Below, piece after piece: positions 53,726 to 63,456 of a stretch of 64,000 bases of DNA. Below the pieces are notes generated by a model. It did no database searches and was not told the DNA's origin. It saw only the letters and a program-made list of their open reading frames with translations. The DNA comes from Acidobacteriota bacterium (GTDB lineage Bacteria; Acidobacteriota; Vicinamibacteria; Vicinamibacterales; CAVVIG01): NCBI GenBank assembly GCA_043743165.1, contig JAYTXA010000012.1, positions 66,357-130,356 on the forward strand. The letters run 5' to 3'. The stretch's first letter is position 1. The number at the start of each line of letters is the position of its first letter. The position numbers and the translations under genes were made by a program.

Positions 53726-54766
53726 GTGAAGATCCTGATCGTTCGGCTCGGCGCGCTCGGCGACATCGTCCATGCCATTCCGGTGGCCGTGGCGCTTCGC
53801 CGTGCGTATCCGGACGCACGCATCGACTGGATCGTCAGCGCGAAGCATCGCGAGATCCTCGACCTCGTCCCTGTCCTCGACCACCGCATCGTCGTCGATC
53901 AACGCCGTGGCGGTGTGGACGGACTGTCGCTGCCGGCGGCTATCGCGCAGCTGCGCCGCACACACTACGACATCGCACTCGATCTGCAGGGGTTGTTGAA
54001 GTCGGCCGTGATGGCGCGGCTTTCCGGGGCGACGCGCGTCATCGGCTTCGCGCGCCGCTACGCACGCGAGTCGGCAGCCAGCCTGTTCTATTCCGAGCGC
54101 TATGACCCGGGCGGACCTGGTGCGCTCGACCCCACCGATACGCGGCACGTCGTGACCATCAATCTCGGGTTGCTGACGATGCTCGGCATCGCCCCGAGGG
54201 AAGCGGCGTTTGGCCTCGTGGCGCCGCGCTCCGGTGCGGTGTCTGGCGTGGTGGCTGCGGCCGGCGAACGGTTCGCGTTGCTCAATACCGGTGCCGCGTG
54301 GCCGAACAAGCGCTGGCCGGCGCCGCGCCTTGCCGACCTTGCGTCGCAACTGCGCGCGCGCCGCGGGCTTCGCTCAGTCGTGCTGTGGGGACCGGGGGAG
54401 CGTGCCCTGGCCGAGGAGGTCGTGGCGAAGGCTGACGGCGCCGCGCTCCTCGCGCCGCAGACCACCATTGCCGATATCGCCGCCCTGGCCGCTGCCGCGG
54501 CGGTGATGGTGTCGGGCGATACCGGCCCGGCACACATCGCGTCGGCCATGGGCACGCCGCTGGTCGGCATCTACGGTCCGACGCGTCCCGAACGCAACGG
54601 TCCCCTTGGCAACGACGATGTGTCAGTGTCGCGCGCGTCGATCTGTCAGTGCCACCATCTGCGACAATGCACGCTCGAACGCATGTGCCTTCTCGATATC
54701 GACGTTGCCGAAGTGCTGGACGCCGTCGAACGGCGCCTGGATGCCGCGGAGCGAAGCCGTGGCTGA
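53726..54766 (+). CDS. GT9 heptosyltransferase, WaaC-like
   Basis: 346 aa. MKILIVRLGALGDIVHAIPV and SGDTGPAHIASAMGTP. Confidence 0.8.
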   Translation: MKILIVRLGALGDIVHAIPVAVALRRAYPDARIDWIVSAKHREILDLVPVLDHRIVVDQRRGGVDGLSLPAAIAQLRRTHYDIALDLQGLLKSAVMARLSGATRVIGFARRYARESAASLFYSERYDPGGPGALDPTDTRHVVTINLGLLTMLGIAPREAAFGLVAPRSGAVSGVVAAAGERFALLNTGAAWPNKRWPAPRLADLASQLRARRGLRSVVLWGPGERALAEEVVAKADGAALLAPQTTIADIAALAAAAAVMVSGDTGPAHIASAMGTPLVGIYGPTRPERNGPLGNDDVSVSRASICQCHHLRQCTLERMCLLDIDVAEVLDAVERRLDAAERSRG

Positions 54767-55319
54767 TGTCATCCGGACGCTGGCGCGTCTCCGCGTGCCG
54801 CTCGGATTCCTGTTTGCGGTGCTGGTCATCGTCCTCGCGAAGCCTACGGGTTCGACGCTCGCCATCGGCGGGGCGATCGCCCTCGCGGGCGAAGCGCTGC
54901 GCATCTGGGCGGCCGGTCACCTGAACAAGTCGCGTGAAGTGACGCAGTCGGGGCCGTACCAGTACTTCGCCCATCCGCTCTACGTCGGCTCGTCGGTCAT
55001 GGGCATCGGCCTGGCGCTGGCCTCGGGCAGCATGTGGGTGGTCGTGCTCATCGTGCTGTACCTGGGATCGACCATCACTGCTGCGGTGAGGAGCGAGGAA
55101 GCCTTCCTACGGCAAAAGTTCGGCGACCAGTACGATCGCTATCGCCGCGGCGAGGTCGGATCAACGGACGCGGCCGCCGCCACGCGACGCTTCTCGGTGG
55201 CGCAGGCGAAGGCGAATCACGAGTATCGCGCGATGCTCGGCATGGTGCTCGCAGTTGTGCTGCTGTCTCTGAAGGCGGCGTATACTGGGGCGTTTTGGCA
55301 GGCAGCCGGAACGCCGTGA
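54741..55319 (+). CDS. ICMT/Ste14-like membrane methyltransferase family protein
   Basis: ATG 54741 or GTG 54759. 4-5 TM helices, GPYQYFAHPLY (family motif GPYxxxRHPxY) and an EEAFLRQKFGDQY tail. Confidence 0.7.
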   Translation: MPRSEAVADVIRTLARLRVPLGFLFAVLVIVLAKPTGSTLAIGGAIALAGEALRIWAAGHLNKSREVTQSGPYQYFAHPLYVGSSVMGIGLALASGSMWVVVLIVLYLGSTITAAVRSEEAFLRQKFGDQYDRYRRGEVGSTDAAAATRRFSVAQAKANHEYRAMLGMVLAVVLLSLKAAYTGAFWQAAGTP

Positions 55320-55328
55320 GAATCGGCC

Positions 55329-55404
55329 GGGCGGTTAGCTCAGTTGGTAGAGCACCGGCTTTACACGCCGGCTGTCAGGGGTTCGAGTCCCTTACCGCCC
55401 ACCA
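55329..55404 (+). tRNA. tRNA-Val (anticodon TAC), CCA encoded
   Basis: GGGCGGTTAGCTCAGTTGGTAGAGCACCGGCTTTACACGCCGGCTGTCAGGGGTTCGAGTCCCTTACCGCCCACCA forms a cloverleaf by eye. Confidence 0.93.
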
Positions 55405-55408
55405 CGCT

Positions 55409-55540
55409 CGAAATTGCAGATTGACGATTTCAGATTTCAGATTGGCGAACATCGTCGGGTTTGCTACACTCGGTGTTCTGTTCAATCTGCAATTCGCAAT
55501 CTGCAATTCGCCTTGCAGTTGAACGCCGCAGTTGAACGCC
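55409..55540. repeat. inter-tRNA spacer repeats
   Basis: Left arm GAAATTGCAGATTG..TTTCAGATTTCAGATTGG (55409-55449) is inverted relative to CAATCTGCAATTCGCAATCTGCAATTC (55483-55509). Followed by the tandem 13-mer GCAGTTGAACGCC x2 (55515-55540). Confidence 0.85.
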
Positions 55541-55542
55541 TT

Positions 55543-55619
<77 letters not shown>

Positions 55620-55693
55620 CTCACTCGGGTTCTCGAGTTGAGTGGCATCCCCCAGGCCTTGTCGCCCTCGCCGCTGATGACCCGCGCCTCTCG

Positions 55694-56242
55694 CTAACGC
55701 GCGCTGTCGCCGCACGTCGCCGCGAGCATCTTCACTTTGTCGACGTCCACCTTCCGCACCAGCACGCGGGCCTTCCGGTCCTTGTCGTCGCCGGGCGCTG
55801 CGAACACGGACGCATTCGGGACGTTCGCCTTCATCGTCCGCCCATCCGACTTCACCGTCAGCTCGGTCCATCGATCCTTGCGGTCCAGGGTGATCTGGCC
55901 GTCTTTCAGGTCGCCCTTCAGATCGCCGGTCACTTCCACCTGATGGCCGATGTTGGTCTTCAGCCCGTCGTCGCCATCGAGCCAGTAGAAGATCGACTCG
56001 AACCCGCCGGTCGTGCCGGCCGTGCCAGGCGCAATCCTCGCAGCGTCGGAGCGCTGCCAGTCGGGCTCGGCCGGCGTGTTGGTCAACAGGTAGCCAGCGC
56101 CGTCGCCTTCACCTTTCACAAGACATCCCCTCAAGGTCACCTCATCGGCGCCGCCCAGCACCGCCGCGCCGCTGACGAACGGGGCGCCAAGGCTCAGTGT
56201 GCAGGCGAGCAGGCCCGCCATCGTCCGAATTGTCGTGTGCAT
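55694..56242 (-). CDS. hypothetical secreted protein
   Basis: Trimmed to ATG 56242 with GGAGGG 7 nt upstream. Signal peptide MHTTIRTMAGLLACTLSLGAPFVSGAA. Confidence 0.6.
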   Translation of the reverse strand: MHTTIRTMAGLLACTLSLGAPFVSGAAVLGGADEVTLRGCLVKGEGDGAGYLLTNTPAEPDWQRSDAARIAPGTAGTTGGFESIFYWLDGDDGLKTNIGHQVEVTGDLKGDLKDGQITLDRKDRWTELTVKSDGRTMKANVPNASVFAAPGDDKDRKARVLVRKVDVDKVKMLAATCGDSAR

Positions 56243-56315
56243 TGCATTACCCTCCGCGACGGTCCAGTGCAGGAAGCGGGCCGCGGGTCGTGAGGCGTGC
56301 ATCACGTGAGGTGCG

Positions 56316-56648
56316 TCAGGTTGTGGGTGGCCTGAGGCGAGTCACGTCGGTGGTGGGCGAATGTTCTTCGCGAACCGCACCGGCGTCGTCGTGGGTGTAG
56401 CGGGCGATGGCGGGCGACACCTCATTGCCGTACAGATCGCGGCGGTCGTCGTCGCGCGGCGAGTCGTCGATGAGGGGTGTCGGAAGGGCAGACCAGCCTG
56501 ACGCGGGCGATTGTGGTGGTGGGGTGTCCGAGGTGTTGGCGCACACCGGCCGCAGGCGTGCGGACATCGACCGATGCCAGGCGCCCGCCGTCCAGCCTGC
56601 CACTGGGCACAGTGTAGCAATCAGGACGAGGCTGAGTCGTTTGTGCAC
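56316..56648 (-). CDS. possible small secreted protein
   Basis: 3' part of a shadow ORF. GGAGAA then GTG GTG. N-terminus (V)HKRLSLVLIATLCPVAGWTAGA is signal-like. Fills a 430-bp gap. Weak evidence. Confidence 0.3.
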   Translation of the reverse strand: MHKRLSLVLIATLCPVAGWTAGAWHRSMSARLRPVCANTSDTPPPQSPASGWSALPTPLIDDSPRDDDRRDLYGNEVSPAIARYTHDDAGAVREEHSPTTDVTRLRPPTT

Positions 56649-56738
56649 CACGGATTCTCCTGATGCCCGGAAGTGCAACCGAAATGCCAGACATTCCAGG
56701 GGGCCGACCTCTGGATCGCCCGTTGCAGGGCTTAGCGC

Positions 56739-59066
56739 GTGCAAACGATGCGTTCCCGACTGCAAGCCTGGCAGCGTGAATTCGACCAGATCCGAGGCGA
56801 ACACCCGCGGCTCGTGCGCGGCGTGCTGCTGACGTCCGCAGCTCTGCTGCTCGTTGCGAGTGTCACCAGCGGCTGGTTCGTGGTGTCGCTGCGGCGAGGG
56901 CTGCCGAACGTCGACGCGCTGCGGCGCATTGGCGAGATGGACCAGGCGACGGCGGTCTTCGACCGCAACGACCGTCTTGCCTTCACGATCTTCAAGGAAC
57001 AGCGCATCGACGTTTCGCTGGCGCAGGTGTCGCCGAATCTTACGAAGGCGGTGCTGGCCATCGAAGACCAGCGCTTCTACGACCACCGCGGCTTCGACAT
57101 GGTGCGCATGGGGTCGGCGCTCCTCGCCAACATCCGCCGCGGCCGGCTCGCGCAGGGCGGCAGCACCATCACGCAACAGCTGGCGCGCCAGAGCTTTCTC
57201 ACACCTGACAAAACCTATCGTCGCAAGCTGCAGGAGCTGATCCTCGCGGCGCGTATCGAACAGCTCTACACGAAGGACCAGATCCTCGAGATGTACCTGA
57301 ACAAGGTGTACTTCGGCGATGGCCTCTATGGGGTCGAGGCGGCGGCGCGCGGGTTCTTCGGCGCACACGCATCCGACCTGTCAGTGCCCCAGGCGGCGCT
57401 GCTTGCGGGTCTGGTCAAGTCGCCTTCGTCCTACGCGCCGACCGTCAGCATGGAGCGTGCGGTCGCGCGCCGCAACGTCGTGCTCCTGGCGATGGAGGAG
57501 TTCGGCGCGATCGACGCTGCGACGCGGCAGGCCGCGCGGGCGTCGAAACCGGTGCTGAGAGACATCCTCCGGTCGGAGGATCCGCACGGCCAGTACTTCC
57601 AGGAGCAGGTGCGCCGCGAGCTGGTCGATCGCTTCGGGTGGCAACGCGTCTACCAGGGCGGACTGCGCGTCTATGCCACCATCGACATGCCGATGCAGCT
57701 GGCGGCCGATGCGGCTGTCGCCGCTGGGCTGGCCGACCTCGACGAGCGGCGCGCGGTTGTTGCCCGGCGACGCAAGCAGGTGCCGGCAGCCGACGCGCCC
57801 ACCCTGCAGGCGGCGATTCTCGCGCTCGATCCCGAAACCGGCCACGTGCGCGCGATGACCGGCGGCCGCAATTTCGGCGCCAGCAGCTTCAATCGCGCCG
57901 TGCAGGCGCGACGCCAGCCGGGGTCGGCATTCAAGCCATTCGTGTACGCGGCGGCACTGGAAGCGGGCTACACGCCGGCGACGCTGATCAACAACCTCAA
58001 CGCGCCGATCGACACGCTGCAAGGCGCGTGGACACCGGAAGACGAACACTCCACCGCCGACTCGATGAGCCTGCGCACGGCGCTGCGCACCTCGAGCAAC
58101 CGCGCCGCCGTTCGTCTGCTGCAGGACGTTGGTATTCCAAAGACCGTGCAGTACGCCAAAGCGATGGGTGTGGGCGACGTGCCGAGCGTGCCGTCGCTGG
58201 CGCTCGGGTCCGGCGAGGTGACGCTGCAGTCGTTGACCGCGGCCTACGCCGCGTTCGCGAACCACGGCATCGTGCCCAGCCCGGTGTTGATTCGGCGCGT
58301 CGAGGACCGGGACGGCAGCGTGCTGTTTGCGGCCGAGGAACGCGGCACGCGCGCCATCAGCGACGTCACCGCCTACCTGATGTCGAACATGCTGGCCGAC
58401 GTCATCAACGCCGGCACCGGCGCCCGTGCCCGGTCGCTCGGCTTCACCCTGCCCGCGGCGGGCAAGACGGGTACGACCAACGACTACCACGATGCGTGGT
58501 TCGTCGGCTTCACCCCCTCGATTGTGACCGGTGTGTGGGTGGGCTTCGATCAGCCACAGACGATCCTGCCTGGTGGTTTCGCGGCCGACGTCGCCGTGCC
58601 GCTCTGGGCGTCGTTCATGAAAGCCGCCACCAAGGGTGACAAGGCGCGCTGGCTGACGCCACCGGCCGGCGTGGTCACCGCCGACGTCTGCCGGGTGTCG
58701 GGAAAGCTCGCCACTGAGGGGTGCGCACACGCGGATGTGATCGACGCCGATGGCCGGCTGACGCAGCGGTCGATGGTCTACACCGAGTACTTCGCGCGCG
58801 GCACCGTGCCGACGTCCACCTGCGACATCCATGCGTCGCGCGGCATCTTCGGTTCGATTGCCGCCGTGTTCACGGGCGGCGACAAGACACCTGCCACGCG
58901 CATGGAGGACAGCGGCATTCCGACGGCCACCGCCACGGCGGGCACGACCGCGGCTGAGCCGGCGTCAGACGACCCGCCAAAGAAGAAGAAACGAGGCTTC
59001 TGGTCGCGCGTGTTCGGCGTCGGCGACGACGAGGACCGCGGAAGGAAGAAAGACAAGGACCGGTGA
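56739..59066 (+). CDS. mrcA: class A penicillin-binding protein (PBP1A-type transglycosylase/transpeptidase)
   Basis: 775 aa. GT51 motifs EDQRFYDHRGFD and GGSTITQQLAR. Transpeptidase motifs SAFKPF (SxxK), SSN and KTGTTN. Confidence 0.92.
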   Translation: MQTMRSRLQAWQREFDQIRGEHPRLVRGVLLTSAALLLVASVTSGWFVVSLRRGLPNVDALRRIGEMDQATAVFDRNDRLAFTIFKEQRIDVSLAQVSPNLTKAVLAIEDQRFYDHRGFDMVRMGSALLANIRRGRLAQGGSTITQQLARQSFLTPDKTYRRKLQELILAARIEQLYTKDQILEMYLNKVYFGDGLYGVEAAARGFFGAHASDLSVPQAALLAGLVKSPSSYAPTVSMERAVARRNVVLLAMEEFGAIDAATRQAARASKPVLRDILRSEDPHGQYFQEQVRRELVDRFGWQRVYQGGLRVYATIDMPMQLAADAAVAAGLADLDERRAVVARRRKQVPAADAPTLQAAILALDPETGHVRAMTGGRNFGASSFNRAVQARRQPGSAFKPFVYAAALEAGYTPATLINNLNAPIDTLQGAWTPEDEHSTADSMSLRTALRTSSNRAAVRLLQDVGIPKTVQYAKAMGVGDVPSVPSLALGSGEVTLQSLTAAYAAFANHGIVPSPVLIRRVEDRDGSVLFAAEERGTRAISDVTAYLMSNMLADVINAGTGARARSLGFTLPAAGKTGTTNDYHDAWFVGFTPSIVTGVWVGFDQPQTILPGGFAADVAVPLWASFMKAATKGDKARWLTPPAGVVTADVCRVSGKLATEGCAHADVIDADGRLTQRSMVYTEYFARGTVPTSTCDIHASRGIFGSIAAVFTGGDKTPATRMEDSGIPTATATAGTTAAEPASDDPPKKKKRGFWSRVFGVGDDEDRGRKKDKDR

Positions 59067-59090
59067 TACGATGCGGGCGGTTGCTCCCGC

Positions 59091-60116
59091 ATGCCGTTCC
59101 GCACCATCATCGGACACCGAACGCTCATTGGCTTGCTCTCGCGATCCACCGCGCGACAGTCGCTGCCACCAAGCCTCATCTTCTCGGGTCCGTCCGGGAT
59201 CGGCAAGCGCATGGCGGCCATTGCCACCGCGCAGGCGCTGAACTGCCTCCAGCCGGTTGCCTTGGGCACAGTCGATTCGCCTGAGGTCGACGGCTGCGGC
59301 ACCTGCGCCGCCTGCACGCGCATCGCGAGGGGCGTCCATCCGGACGTGCTCATTCTTGAACCGAACGACAAGGGCAACATCAAGATCGACGCCGTGCGCG
59401 AGGCGGTCCAGCGCGCGGGCTATCGCCCCTTCGAGGGGCGCCGCCGCGTGACGATCATCGAGTCGGCCGACGGCCTCGAGACCTCGGCGCAGAACGCCCT
59501 CCTCAAGATGCTCGAGGAACCGCCGGCGTCGTCGGTCTTCATCCTGGTGACCGCGTTCCCCGACACCCTGCTCGTCACCGTCCGCTCGCGCTGCCCGCTG
59601 CTGCGCTTCCGCGCGCTCGCCACCGACGACGTCGTGAGCGTCCTGCAGCAGCAGCACGGGCTGGACGAACGCCAGGCGCGCCGCGCGGCGCTGCTGGCCG
59701 ATGGCAGCATCGGTGCCGCGTTGGCGGTCGCCGACACTGACGATGACGATCAGGACGTGCGCGACGTGGCGGTTCGGGTGCTGGTGCAGGCGGCGACATC
59801 CGACGATGGGCGCCGGCGGCTGGAGAGCGCGAAGGAACTGGTGGCGAAGAGTTCGTCGTCGATCAGTGAGCGCGACCAACTCGCGGTCTATCTGCGCGCC
59901 ATGTCGTCGCTCCTGCGCGACGTCGAGCTGATGGCCAGTGGCGGCGACGCGGCGACGCTGGCGAATCGTGATCTCCTGCCGGCACTCGATCGGTTGTCGC
60001 CGTTCGGCGGGACACGCGGCCGCGACGCGTTCATGGCGGTCGACCGCGCACTGGCGGCCGTCGACCGCTACGCCAATGCCAAGCTGGTGGCCGACTGGCT
60101 CGTCCTCCAGCTCTAG
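59091..60116 (+). CDS. holB: DNA polymerase III delta' subunit
   Basis: 341 aa with FSGPSGIGK, Zn module CGTCAACTRI and SRC (TVRSRC). Confidence 0.85.
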   Translation: MPFRTIIGHRTLIGLLSRSTARQSLPPSLIFSGPSGIGKRMAAIATAQALNCLQPVALGTVDSPEVDGCGTCAACTRIARGVHPDVLILEPNDKGNIKIDAVREAVQRAGYRPFEGRRRVTIIESADGLETSAQNALLKMLEEPPASSVFILVTAFPDTLLVTVRSRCPLLRFRALATDDVVSVLQQQHGLDERQARRAALLADGSIGAALAVADTDDDDQDVRDVAVRVLVQAATSDDGRRRLESAKELVAKSSSSISERDQLAVYLRAMSSLLRDVELMASGGDAATLANRDLLPALDRLSPFGGTRGRDAFMAVDRALAAVDRYANAKLVADWLVLQL

Positions 60117-60118
60117 CC

Positions 60119-60889
60119 ATGTCCGAGGTGACGCAGCCGCTGCGCTTCGTGTCGGTAAAGCTCTCCCCCGTTGGGCGCGTGCAGAGCTATGTCATCGACG
60201 ATGCCTCGTTATCGAAGCCGCGCGTCGGCGATCAGGTGATCGTCGACACGGAGCATGGCGCTGCCGTAGGTACCGTTTCGCCCACCATTCCGCAGATCGC
60301 GGCGAGGCGGGGAGCCGCCGACCCCTCGCATCGCCTGGTCCGGCTGGCCTCGCACGACGACATCGCGGCGCGCCGGCGCGATCAGCAGCGTGAGAAAGAG
60401 GCCTACCGGCTTGCGCTCCTGAAGATTCGCGAACGCGGGCTGGCGATGAAGCTCACGCGGGTAGAACAGGCGTTCGACGGTTCGACGTTGCTCTTCTACT
60501 TCACGGCGGACTCGCGCGTCGACTTCCGCGAACTCGTGCGGGAGCTGGCCGCCGAGTTCCGCACGCGCATCGAGATGCGCCAGATCGGCGTGCGCGACGA
60601 AGCGAAGGCGCTCGGCGGCTACGGCACGTGCGGTCGTCCGCTCTGCTGCACCACGTTCCTCACGTCGTTCGAAGCGGTCTCGATCAAGATGGCCAAGCAG
60701 CAGGACCTCAGCCTCAACCCGTCGAAGCTCTCCGGCCTGTGCGGTCGCCTCAAGTGCTGCCTGCGCTACGAGCTGCCGAACGCCGCGGGACAGGTACACG
60801 GCGGTTGCGGCAGTGAGGGCGGCTGCAACAATCCGTCTGGCTGCGGCACCGGCGGCTGCTCGACCGGCACATGCGGGTGCCGCGCCTGA
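60119..60889 (+). CDS. PSP1 domain protein (YaaT/RicT-like)
   Basis: 256 aa. PSP1 core with GRPLCCTTFL and CGRLKCCLRYE, plus a Cys/Gly-rich tail. Follows holB, as in Firmicutes. Confidence 0.85.
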   Translation: MSEVTQPLRFVSVKLSPVGRVQSYVIDDASLSKPRVGDQVIVDTEHGAAVGTVSPTIPQIAARRGAADPSHRLVRLASHDDIAARRRDQQREKEAYRLALLKIRERGLAMKLTRVEQAFDGSTLLFYFTADSRVDFRELVRELAAEFRTRIEMRQIGVRDEAKALGGYGTCGRPLCCTTFLTSFEAVSIKMAKQQDLSLNPSKLSGLCGRLKCCLRYELPNAAGQVHGGCGSEGGCNNPSGCGTGGCSTGTCGCRA

Positions 60890-61767
60890 AGCCGCGTCTC
60901 GCGCTCACGGTCGGCGACCCGTCAGGCATCGGCCCGGAGATCTGCGCCAGGACGCTGATCGATCCACGTGTCCTCGCGGTGTGCGAGCCGATCATCTACA
61001 TGCCGCCAGGCACGCAGCGATTCGAGCCCGGGGTGCTGTCGGCCGAAGCGGGACTGGCCGCGTACGACGTCCTGTTGCGCGCAGTGAAAGATGCGCAGAG
61101 CGGGGTGGTGGACGCCATCACCACCGCTCCGGTGAACAAGGAAGCGTTCAAGCTGGCCGGCCTGCACTGGGCCGGGCACACGGATCTGCTGGCACACCTC
61201 ACCGGCGCGCCGCGCGTGGCGATGATGTTCCATTCCGACGTGCTGCGGGTGGTGCTGGCGACGGTGCACATCGCGCTGGCTGACGTGCCGAAGGCGCTGA
61301 CGCGCGAGACGATGGCCGAAACCATCAGGCTCGTGGCGCGAGAACTGCCGCGCTTCGGCGTGGCCCAGCCGCGCATCGGCGTCGCCGGCCTCAATCCGCA
61401 CGCTGGCGAACACGGGCTGTTCGGCCGTGAAGAGATCGACGCGATCGGGCCGGCCATCGAGGAATGCCGAGCCGAAGGGATCGACGTCACCGGGCCGTTT
61501 CCCGGCGACACCATCTTCGTGCGCGCGACGCGTGGCGCGCACGACGTGGTCATCGCGTGCTACCACGACCAGGGCCTCATTCCAGTGAAGCTGCTGGCGT
61601 TCGGCCAGGCGGTGAACGTGACGATCGGCCTGCCGATCATCCGCACCTCCGTCGACCACGGTACGGCGTTCGACATCGCGGGCAAGGGCGTGGCCGACCA
61701 CGGCAGCATGGTGGCCGCCGTGCTGCTGGCGGCGAAGCTGGCACGCGGCACCCGCAATCCAACCTAG
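60871..61767 (+). CDS. pdxA: 4-hydroxythreonine-4-phosphate dehydrogenase
   Basis: 298 aa with GDPSGIGPEI, GLNPHAGE, YHDQGLIP and VDHGTAFDIAGKG. Confidence 0.88.
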   Translation: MRVPRLKPRLALTVGDPSGIGPEICARTLIDPRVLAVCEPIIYMPPGTQRFEPGVLSAEAGLAAYDVLLRAVKDAQSGVVDAITTAPVNKEAFKLAGLHWAGHTDLLAHLTGAPRVAMMFHSDVLRVVLATVHIALADVPKALTRETMAETIRLVARELPRFGVAQPRIGVAGLNPHAGEHGLFGREEIDAIGPAIEECRAEGIDVTGPFPGDTIFVRATRGAHDVVIACYHDQGLIPVKLLAFGQAVNVTIGLPIIRTSVDHGTAFDIAGKGVADHGSMVAAVLLAAKLARGTRNPT

Positions 61768-61814
61768 AATGATCGTCGTGGTCTTCGTGCCCTCGCGGCC
61801 GAAGACAACCTGCC

Positions 61815-62297
61815 ATGGCTGAGAAGACCGCGCGCGAACTGGCGCAGACCAACATCGCCGAGAACCGCAAGGCGTTTCACGACTACCACATCCTCGACAC
61901 CTGGGAAGCCGGCATGGTCCTGCTCGGGACCGAGGTGAAGTCGATCCGTGAAGGGCGTGTGAACCTGCGCGACAGCTTTGCCCGCATCGAGCGCGGCGAG
62001 GTCTGGCTGTACAACGTGAACATCAGCGCCTACTCGCACCGCGGCTATGCCGACCACGAGCCGCTGCGCCAGCGCAAGCTGCTGATGCACCGCGACGAGA
62101 TCCGCAAGCTGATCGGGAAGACCACCGAGAAGGGGATGACCATCGTCCCCACGCGCATGTACTACAAGAGCGGCCGCGTGAAGGTGGAGGTCGGGCTGGC
62201 GAAGGGCAAGAAGGACTACGACAAGCGCGAGACGATCAAGAAGCGCGAAACCGACCGGGAGACGCGCGCCGCGGTGAAGACGCGGCGGCAGGACTAG
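61815..62297 (+). CDS. smpB: SsrA-binding protein
   Basis: 160 aa with NRKAFHDYHI, GTEVKS and a basic C-terminal tail. Confidence 0.93.
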   Translation: MAEKTARELAQTNIAENRKAFHDYHILDTWEAGMVLLGTEVKSIREGRVNLRDSFARIERGEVWLYNVNISAYSHRGYADHEPLRQRKLLMHRDEIRKLIGKTTEKGMTIVPTRMYYKSGRVKVEVGLAKGKKDYDKRETIKKRETDRETRAAVKTRRQD

Positions 62298-62304
62298 GAG
62301 TTCC

Positions 62305-63456
62305 ATGACGCCCGTTCCGCTGCTCGACCTCGCGGCGCAGTACGCGCCGCTTCGCGAACAGATTCTCGCTACCATCACGCGCGTCTGCGACAGCCAGCGC
62401 TTCATCATGGGGCCGGAGATTTCGTCGCTCGAACACGAGCTGGCGACGCGCATCGGCGTGAAGCACGCGGTCGCCGTCTCGTCCGGCACCGACGCGCTGC
62501 TGCTGGCGCTGATGGCGCTCGATATCGGTCCCGGCGACGAAGTGGCCACCAGTACCTATTCGTTCTTCGCGACCGCTGGTGCCATCAGCCGCGTCGGCGC
62601 AACGCCGGTGCTCGTCGACATCGACCCGGTCACCTACAACATCGACCCCGAGGCGCTCGCGGCCGCCATCACGCCTCGCACCAGGGCCGTGCTGCCGGTG
62701 CACCTCTATGGACTCTGCGCCGACATGGACCCGATTGTGGCCATCGCCGCGCGGGCCGGTGTGCCGATCATCGAGGATGCGGCGCAGGCCATCGGCGCCA
62801 TCTACAAGGGGAGCCCGGCCGGCGGCATGGGCGCGTTCGGCTGCTTCTCGTTCTTCCCGAGCAAGAACCTCGGCGCCTTCGGCGACGCCGGTCTTGTCAC
62901 CACCAACCACCCGGCCCTCGCGAAGAAGGCGCAACTGCTGCGGATGCACGGCATGGAGCCGAAGTACATCCATCACCTCATCGGCGGCAACTTCCGCTGC
63001 GATGCCCTGCAGGCCGCCATCCTGCGGGTGAAGGCGCCGCACCTCGCCGCCTGGACCGAGGCGCGCCGCCTGAATGCACGCCGCTACACGACGCTGTTCC
63101 GCGACGCCGGGTTGCTCGACCGAGTGGTGTTGCCGGTTGAACCGCAGGGGAGCTACCACATCTACAACCAGTTCATCGTGCGCGTACCGCGCCGGGACGC
63201 ACTGAAGGCGTTCCTCGATGCGCGCGGCATCGGCAACGAGATCTACTACCCGGTGCCGTTCCACCTGCAGCCCTGCTTCGCGAGCCTGGGCTACGCCCGC
63301 GGCGCGTTCCCGCACGCCGAACTCGCGGCGAGCCAGACGATTGCCCTCCCGATCTACTCGGAGCTGTCGCTCGACCAGCAGCGGACCGTGGTGGGTGCCG
63401 TCGCCGAATTCATGGGCACGGACGGGCAGACGTCGTCGGCTGGGGCCGGACGGTGA
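62305..63456 (+). CDS. DegT/DnrJ/EryC1/StrS-family PLP-dependent sugar aminotransferase
   Basis: 383 aa with SSGTDAL and the FSFFPSKNLGAFGDAG lysine motif. Confidence 0.88.
   Translation: MTPVPLLDLAAQYAPLREQILATITRVCDSQRFIMGPEISSLEHELATRIGVKHAVAVSSGTDALLLALMALDIGPGDEVATSTYSFFATAGAISRVGATPVLVDIDPVTYNIDPEALAAAITPRTRAVLPVHLYGLCADMDPIVAIAARAGVPIIEDAAQAIGAIYKGSPAGGMGAFGCFSFFPSKNLGAFGDAGLVTTNHPALAKKAQLLRMHGMEPKYIHHLIGGNFRCDALQAAILRVKAPHLAAWTEARRLNARRYTTLFRDAGLLDRVVLPVEPQGSYHIYNQFIVRVPRRDALKAFLDARGIGNEIYYPVPFHLQPCFASLGYARGAFPHAELAASQTIALPIYSELSLDQQRTVVGAVAEFMGTDGQTSSAGAGR

Noticed and set aside
55281-55286. TATACT hexamer 43 nt upstream of tRNA-Val as a tRNA promoter.
   Set aside because: No acceptable -35 at 16-18 nt spacing (TTGTGC is 20 nt away). 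It lies inside the methyltransferase coding region, and the tRNAs may simply be co-transcribed with the operon.
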